31,269 bases of DNA, from the IMG/VR virus record IMGVR_UViG_2651869696_000013; one strand, given 5' to 3'. This stretch comes from a virus (Duplodnaviria; Heunggongvirae; Uroviricota; Caudoviricetes). Each line of letters begins with the position of its first letter. Positions within the stretch are counted from its first letter, which is position 1. The position numbers and the translations under genes were made by a program. Under the pieces are notes generated by a model. That model made no database searches. It was not told the DNA's origin and saw nothing but the letters and a program-made list of their open reading frames with translations. Positions 26,873 to 31,269 of this stretch are shown here, piece by piece.

Positions 26873-29312
26873 CAATGTAAAATTACAGGTATTGCTCAGG
26901 GCTGTTGACCAGGCATCCCGCCCGTTTAAATCCATCCGCACAGCGAGCAAGTCGCTGTCGGGGGATATCCGGGAAACACAAAAATCACTGCGCGAGCTGA
27001 ACGGTCACGCATCCCGTATTGAGGGATTCCGCAAGACCAGTGCACAGCTTGCCGTGACTGGTCATGCACTTGAAAAGGCACGGCAGGAGGCCGAAGCCCT
27101 TGCCACACAGTTTAAAAACACCGAACGTCCGACACGTGCTCAGGCGAAAGTGCTGGAATCCGCAAAGCGTGCAGCGGAGGACTTACAGGCGAAATATAAC
27201 CGCCTGACGGATTCCGTTAAACGCCAGCAGCGGGAGCTGGCCGCTGTGGGAATTAATACCCGCAATCTTGCTCATGATGAGCAGGGACTGAAAAACCGTA
27301 TCAGTGAAACCACCGCACAGCTTAACCGTCAGCGTGACGCGCTGGCGCGTGTCAGTGCGCAACAGGCAAAACTTAACGCAGTAAAACAGCGTTATCAGGC
27401 AGGCAATGAACTGGCCGGAAATATGGCCTCAGTGGGCGCTGCCGGTGTGGGGATTGCGGCGGCGGGAACGATGGCCGGAGTTAAGCTGCTGATGCCCGGT
27501 TATGAATTTGCGCAGAAAAACTCAGAATTACAGGCTGTGCTCGGAGTGGCAAAAGACTCCGCCGAAATGGCCGCATTACGCAAACAGGCGCGCCAGCTCG
27601 GCGACAATACCGCAGCCTCGGCAGATGATGCAGCCGGTGCACAGATTATCATTGCGAAAGCGGGTGGGGATGTTGATGCCATTCAGGCGGCAACGCCGGT
27701 CACGCTGAATATGGCGCTGGCGAACCGTCGCACGATGGAAGAAAACGCCGCCCTGCTGATGGGGATGAAATCCGCCTTTCAGCTTTCAAACGATAAGGTC
27801 GCTCATATCGGGGATGTTCTCTCTATGACGATGAACAAAACCGCCGCCGATTTTGACGGTATGAGTGATGCGCTGACCTATGTCGCACCTGTGGCAAAAA
27901 ATGCCGGTGTCAGCATTGAAGAAACCGCCGCAATGGTCGGGGCGCTGCATGATGCAAAAATTACCGGTTCAATGGCGGGGACGGGAAGCCGTGCCGTGTT
28001 AAGCCGCCTGCAGGCACCGACGGGAAAAGCATGGGATGCACTCAAAGAGCTTGGAGTGAAAACCTCAGACAGCAAGGGAAACACCCGGCCAATATTTACC
28101 ATTCTGAAAGAAATGCAGGCCAGTTTTGAGAAAAACCGGCTCGGTACTGCCCAGCAGGCCGAATACATGAAAACCATTTTCGGAGAGGAGGCCAGCTCAG
28201 CCGCCGCTGTGCTGATGACTGCCGCGTCAACCGGAAAGCTGGACAAACTGACCACTGCGCTTAAAGCTTCAGACGGGAAGACCGCAGAGCTGGTAAATAT
28301 CATGCAGGACAACCTCGGCGGTGACTTTAAGGAGTTTCAGTCCGCTTATGAGGCGGTGGGGACAGACCTGTTTGACCAGCAGGAAGGCGCGCTGCGTAAG
28401 CTCACGCAGACGGCCACAAAGTATGTGTTAAAACTCGACGGCTGGATCCAGAAAAACAAATCACTGGCGTCAACCATCGGCCTCATTGTCGGTGGCGCGC
28501 TGGCGCTTACTGGCATCATCGGTGCCATTGGTCTTGTAGCCTGGCCGGTTATCACCGGCATCAATGCCATTATCGCGGCAGCAGGCGCAATGGGGGCAAT
28601 CTTCACGACGGTTGGTAGTGCTGTTATGACGGCCATCGGGGCGATTAGCTGGCCGGTTGTGGCCGTGGTGGCCGCCATTGTCGCCGGGGCGTTGCTTATC
28701 CGTAAATACTGGGAGCCTGTCAGCGCATTCTTTGGCGGTGTGGTTGAAGGGCTGAAAGCGGCATTTGCGCCGGTGGGGGAACTGTTCACGCCACTTAAGC
28801 CGGTGTTTGACTGGCTGGGCGAAAAGTTACAGGCCGCGTGGCAGTGGTTTAAAAACCTGATAGCCCCGGTCAAAGCCACCCAGGACACCCTGAGCCATTG
28901 CCGTGATACGGGCGTCATGTTCGGGCAGGCACTGGCTGACGCGCTGATGCTGCCGCTTAATGCGTTCAACAAACTGCGCAGCGGTATTGACTGGGTACTG
29001 GAAAAGCTCGGGGTCATCAACAAAGAGTCAGACACACTTGACCAGACCGCCGCCAGAACTCATGCCGCCACGTATGGCACCGGTGGTTATATTCCGGCGA
29101 CCAGCTCTTATGCAGGCTATCAGGCTTATCAGCCAGTCACGGCACCGGCTGGTCGCTCTTATGTGGACCAGAGTAAAAACGAATATCACATCAGCCTGAC
29201 GGGTGGTACTGCGCCGGGGACACAGCTTGACCGCCAGTTACAGGATGCGCTCGAAAAATACGAGCGGGATAAACGTGCGCGTGCCCGTGCCAGCATGATG
29301 CATGACGGTTAA
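26865..29312 (+). CDS. T: tail tape measure protein gpT
   Basis: 815 aa, coiled-coil N-terminus and Gly/Ala-rich hydrophobic central region; P2 T-like. Confidence 0.92.
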   Translation: MSNNVKLQVLLRAVDQASRPFKSIRTASKSLSGDIRETQKSLRELNGHASRIEGFRKTSAQLAVTGHALEKARQEAEALATQFKNTERPTRAQAKVLESAKRAAEDLQAKYNRLTDSVKRQQRELAAVGINTRNLAHDEQGLKNRISETTAQLNRQRDALARVSAQQAKLNAVKQRYQAGNELAGNMASVGAAGVGIAAAGTMAGVKLLMPGYEFAQKNSELQAVLGVAKDSAEMAALRKQARQLGDNTAASADDAAGAQIIIAKAGGDVDAIQAATPVTLNMALANRRTMEENAALLMGMKSAFQLSNDKVAHIGDVLSMTMNKTAADFDGMSDALTYVAPVAKNAGVSIEETAAMVGALHDAKITGSMAGTGSRAVLSRLQAPTGKAWDALKELGVKTSDSKGNTRPIFTILKEMQASFEKNRLGTAQQAEYMKTIFGEEASSAAAVLMTAASTGKLDKLTTALKASDGKTAELVNIMQDNLGGDFKEFQSAYEAVGTDLFDQQEGALRKLTQTATKYVLKLDGWIQKNKSLASTIGLIVGGALALTGIIGAIGLVAWPVITGINAIIAAAGAMGAIFTTVGSAVMTAIGAISWPVVAVVAAIVAGALLIRKYWEPVSAFFGGVVEGLKAAFAPVGELFTPLKPVFDWLGEKLQAAWQWFKNLIAPVKATQDTLSHCRDTGVMFGQALADALMLPLNAFNKLRSGIDWVLEKLGVINKESDTLDQTAARTHAATYGTGGYIPATSSYAGYQAYQPVTAPAGRSYVDQSKNEYHISLTGGTAPGTQLDRQLQDALEKYERDKRARARASMMHDG

Positions 29313-29326
29313 GGAGGTGACGAAAA

Positions 29327-29806
29327 ATGATGCTCGCGTTAGGTATGTTTGTTTTTATGCGCCAGACGCTGCCACACCAGACCATGCAGCGTGAATCAGA
29401 TTATCGCTGGCCGTCAAATTCCCGTATCGGTAAACGGGATGCCTTTCAGTTTCTCGGTGTAGGTGAGGAGAACATCACACTTGCCGGTGTGCTTTATCCC
29501 GAACTGACTGGCGGAAAGCTGACGATGACCACGCTCAGACTGATGGCAGAGGAAGGCCGGGCGTGGCCGTTGCTGGATGGCACCGGCATGATTTACGGCA
29601 TGTATGTCATCAGCAGGGTGAGTGAAACAGGGAGTATTTTCTTTGCAGACGGCACACCCCGGAAAATTGATTTTACGCTGTCGCTCACCCGCGTGGATGA
29701 ATCACTGGCCGCGCTTTATGGCGATATCGGTAAACAGGCGGAATCGCTCATCGGTAAGGCTGGCAGTGTGGCGACCAGATTCACGGGTATGACGGGGGCG
29801 GGATAA
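29327..29806 (+). CDS. U: tail protein gpU
   Basis: 159 aa, GGAGG RBS, P2 U-like. Confidence 0.9.
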   Translation: MMLALGMFVFMRQTLPHQTMQRESDYRWPSNSRIGKRDAFQFLGVGEENITLAGVLYPELTGGKLTMTTLRLMAEEGRAWPLLDGTGMIYGMYVISRVSETGSIFFADGTPRKIDFTLSLTRVDESLAALYGDIGKQAESLIGKAGSVATRFTGMTGAG

Positions 29807-30969
29807 TGCTGGATGCGCTGACATTTGATGCAGGCAGTACGCTGACGCCGGATTATATGCTGATGCTCGACAGCAGGGATATTACCGGCAATATCAGCGA
29901 CCGTCTGATGAGCATGACCCTGACGGATAACCGGGGCTTTGAGGCTGACCAGCTTGATATTGAACTGAATGATGCCGACGGGCAGGTCGGGCTGCCGGTT
30001 CGTGGCGCTGTCCTGACGGTGTATATCGGCTGGAAAGGTTTTGCCCTGGTATGCAAAGGGAAATTTACCGTTGATGAGATCGAACACCGGGGCGCGCCGG
30101 ATGTGGTCACCATCCGCGCCCGGAGTGCAGATTTTCGCGGGACGCTCAATTCCCGCCGTGAAGGCTCCTGGCATGACACCACGCTCGGTGCGATTGTTGA
30201 GGCGATAGCCTCCCGTAACAGGCTGGAAGCCAGTGTCGCGCCGTCACTGGCAGGAATTAAAATTCCGCACATCGACCAGTCGCAGGAGTCTGATGCGAAA
30301 TTCCTGACCCGTCTTGCAGAACGCAACGGCGGTGAGGTGTCGGTAAAAATGGGAAAACTGTTGTTTCTCAAAGCGGGGCAGGGAGTGACGGCCAGCGGTA
30401 AAAAAATCCCGCAGGTCACCATAACCCGCAGCGACGGCGACCGCCATCATTTTGCGATTGCTGACCGTGGAGCCTACACCGGTGTAACGGCAAAATGGCT
30501 ACACACCAAAGACCCGAAGCCTCAAAAGCAGAAGGTAAAACTGAAACGCAAAAAGAAAGAGAAACACCTGCGCGCACTGGAGCACCCGAAAGCGAAACCG
30601 GTCAGGCAGAAGAAAGCGCCTAAAGTACCGGAAGCGCGTGAAGGTGAATACATGGCCGGTGAGGCTGACAACGTTTTTGCCCTGACCACGGTATATGCCA
30701 CGAAAGCGCAGGCCATGCGCGCCGCTCAGGCGAAGTGGGATAAGCTGCAACGGGGCGTTGCGGAGTTCTCCATCAGTCTGGCTACCGGTCGTGCTGATAT
30801 TTACACGGAAACACCGGTTAAAGTGTCAGGCTTTAAGCGCGTCATAGACGAGCAGGACTGGACAATCACTAAGGTGACACATTTTCTGAATAATAGCGGC
30901 TTCACGACGTCCTTGGAGCTTGAGGTCAGGCTTTCTGATGTGGAGTACGAAACAGAAGATGATGAGTGA
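29806..30969 (+). CDS. D: tail protein gpD (late control D)
   Basis: 387 aa, P2 D-like. Confidence 0.9.
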   Translation: MLDALTFDAGSTLTPDYMLMLDSRDITGNISDRLMSMTLTDNRGFEADQLDIELNDADGQVGLPVRGAVLTVYIGWKGFALVCKGKFTVDEIEHRGAPDVVTIRARSADFRGTLNSRREGSWHDTTLGAIVEAIASRNRLEASVAPSLAGIKIPHIDQSQESDAKFLTRLAERNGGEVSVKMGKLLFLKAGQGVTASGKKIPQVTITRSDGDRHHFAIADRGAYTGVTAKWLHTKDPKPQKQKVKLKRKKKEKHLRALEHPKAKPVRQKKAPKVPEAREGEYMAGEADNVFALTTVYATKAQAMRAAQAKWDKLQRGVAEFSISLATGRADIYTETPVKVSGFKRVIDEQDWTITKVTHFLNNSGFTTSLELEVRLSDVEYETEDDE

Positions 30970-31050
30970 TGTTTTTATTTTATCTGTTTGTTTTATAAGG
31001 ATAAATTAACTAAAATGGCACCATCAACAAAACCGGAAGAGGTGCTCGCG

Positions 31051-31269
31051 ATGTTTCATTGTCCTTTATGCCAGCATGCCGCACATGCGCGTACAAGCCG
31101 CTATATCACTGACACGACAAAAGAGCGTTATCACCAGTGTCAGAACGTGAATTGCAGCGCCACGTTCATCACTTATGAGTCGGTACAGCGATACATCGTG
31201 AAGCCGGGAGAAGTCCACGCCGTAAGACCGCACCCGTTGCCGTCAGGGCAGCAAATTATGTGGATGTAA
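31051..31269 (+). CDS. ogr: late transcription activator Ogr (C4 zinc finger)
   Basis: Start trimmed to ATG 31051: MFHCPLCQHAAHARTSRYITDTTKERYHQCQNVNCSATF..., 72 aa; matches P2 Ogr as recalled. Confidence 0.85.
   Translation: MFHCPLCQHAAHARTSRYITDTTKERYHQCQNVNCSATFITYESVQRYIVKPGEVHAVRPHPLPSGQQIMWM

Larger units (their letters stand above)
1..31269. mobile_element. P2-like prophage, int to ogr; att sites lie outside the window
   Basis: Complete P2 gene order and orientation; protein lengths match P2 counterparts (N 357, M 247, FI 396, FII 172, T 815, R 155, S 150, V 211, W 115, J 302); P2-type cos 19-mer present. Confidence 0.92.

Noticed and set aside
1-31269. tRNA, rRNA, CRISPR array or retron ncRNA/RT
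   Set aside because: No direct-repeat/spacer arrays, no reverse-transcriptase-like ORF, and no tRNA-like sequence noticed; the usual tRNA or att target would lie outside the clipped window.

Overview
The window is a near-complete P2-family (Peduovirus-like) enterobacterial prophage, clipped exactly from the integrase stop codon (pos 1, minus strand) to the ogr stop codon (pos 31269), so no att sites or host flanks are visible. Gene order follows P2: int-C (minus) | cox-orf-B-four small orfs-A | accessory cargo | cos | Q-P (minus) | O N M L X Y K lysA lysB/lysC R S V W J I H G | invertible tail-fibre cassette plus invertase | FI FII E/E' T U D ogr. Two regions depart from the P2 core. (i) An AT-rich two-gene cassette (7022-9155) sits at the A-to-cos position where P2 carries tin/old; it encodes a protein with two N-terminal transmembrane helices and a ~420-aa protein with a PD-(D/E)xK-like signature, and is a candidate uncharacterised anti-phage defence module. 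(ii) A Hin/Gin-type invertible segment (about 22047-23946) swaps the tail-fibre C-terminus and its assembly chaperone. Product names rest on recalled similarity to P2 proteins and on gene order and lengths, not on any database search. No rRNA, tRNA or CRISPR array was seen.
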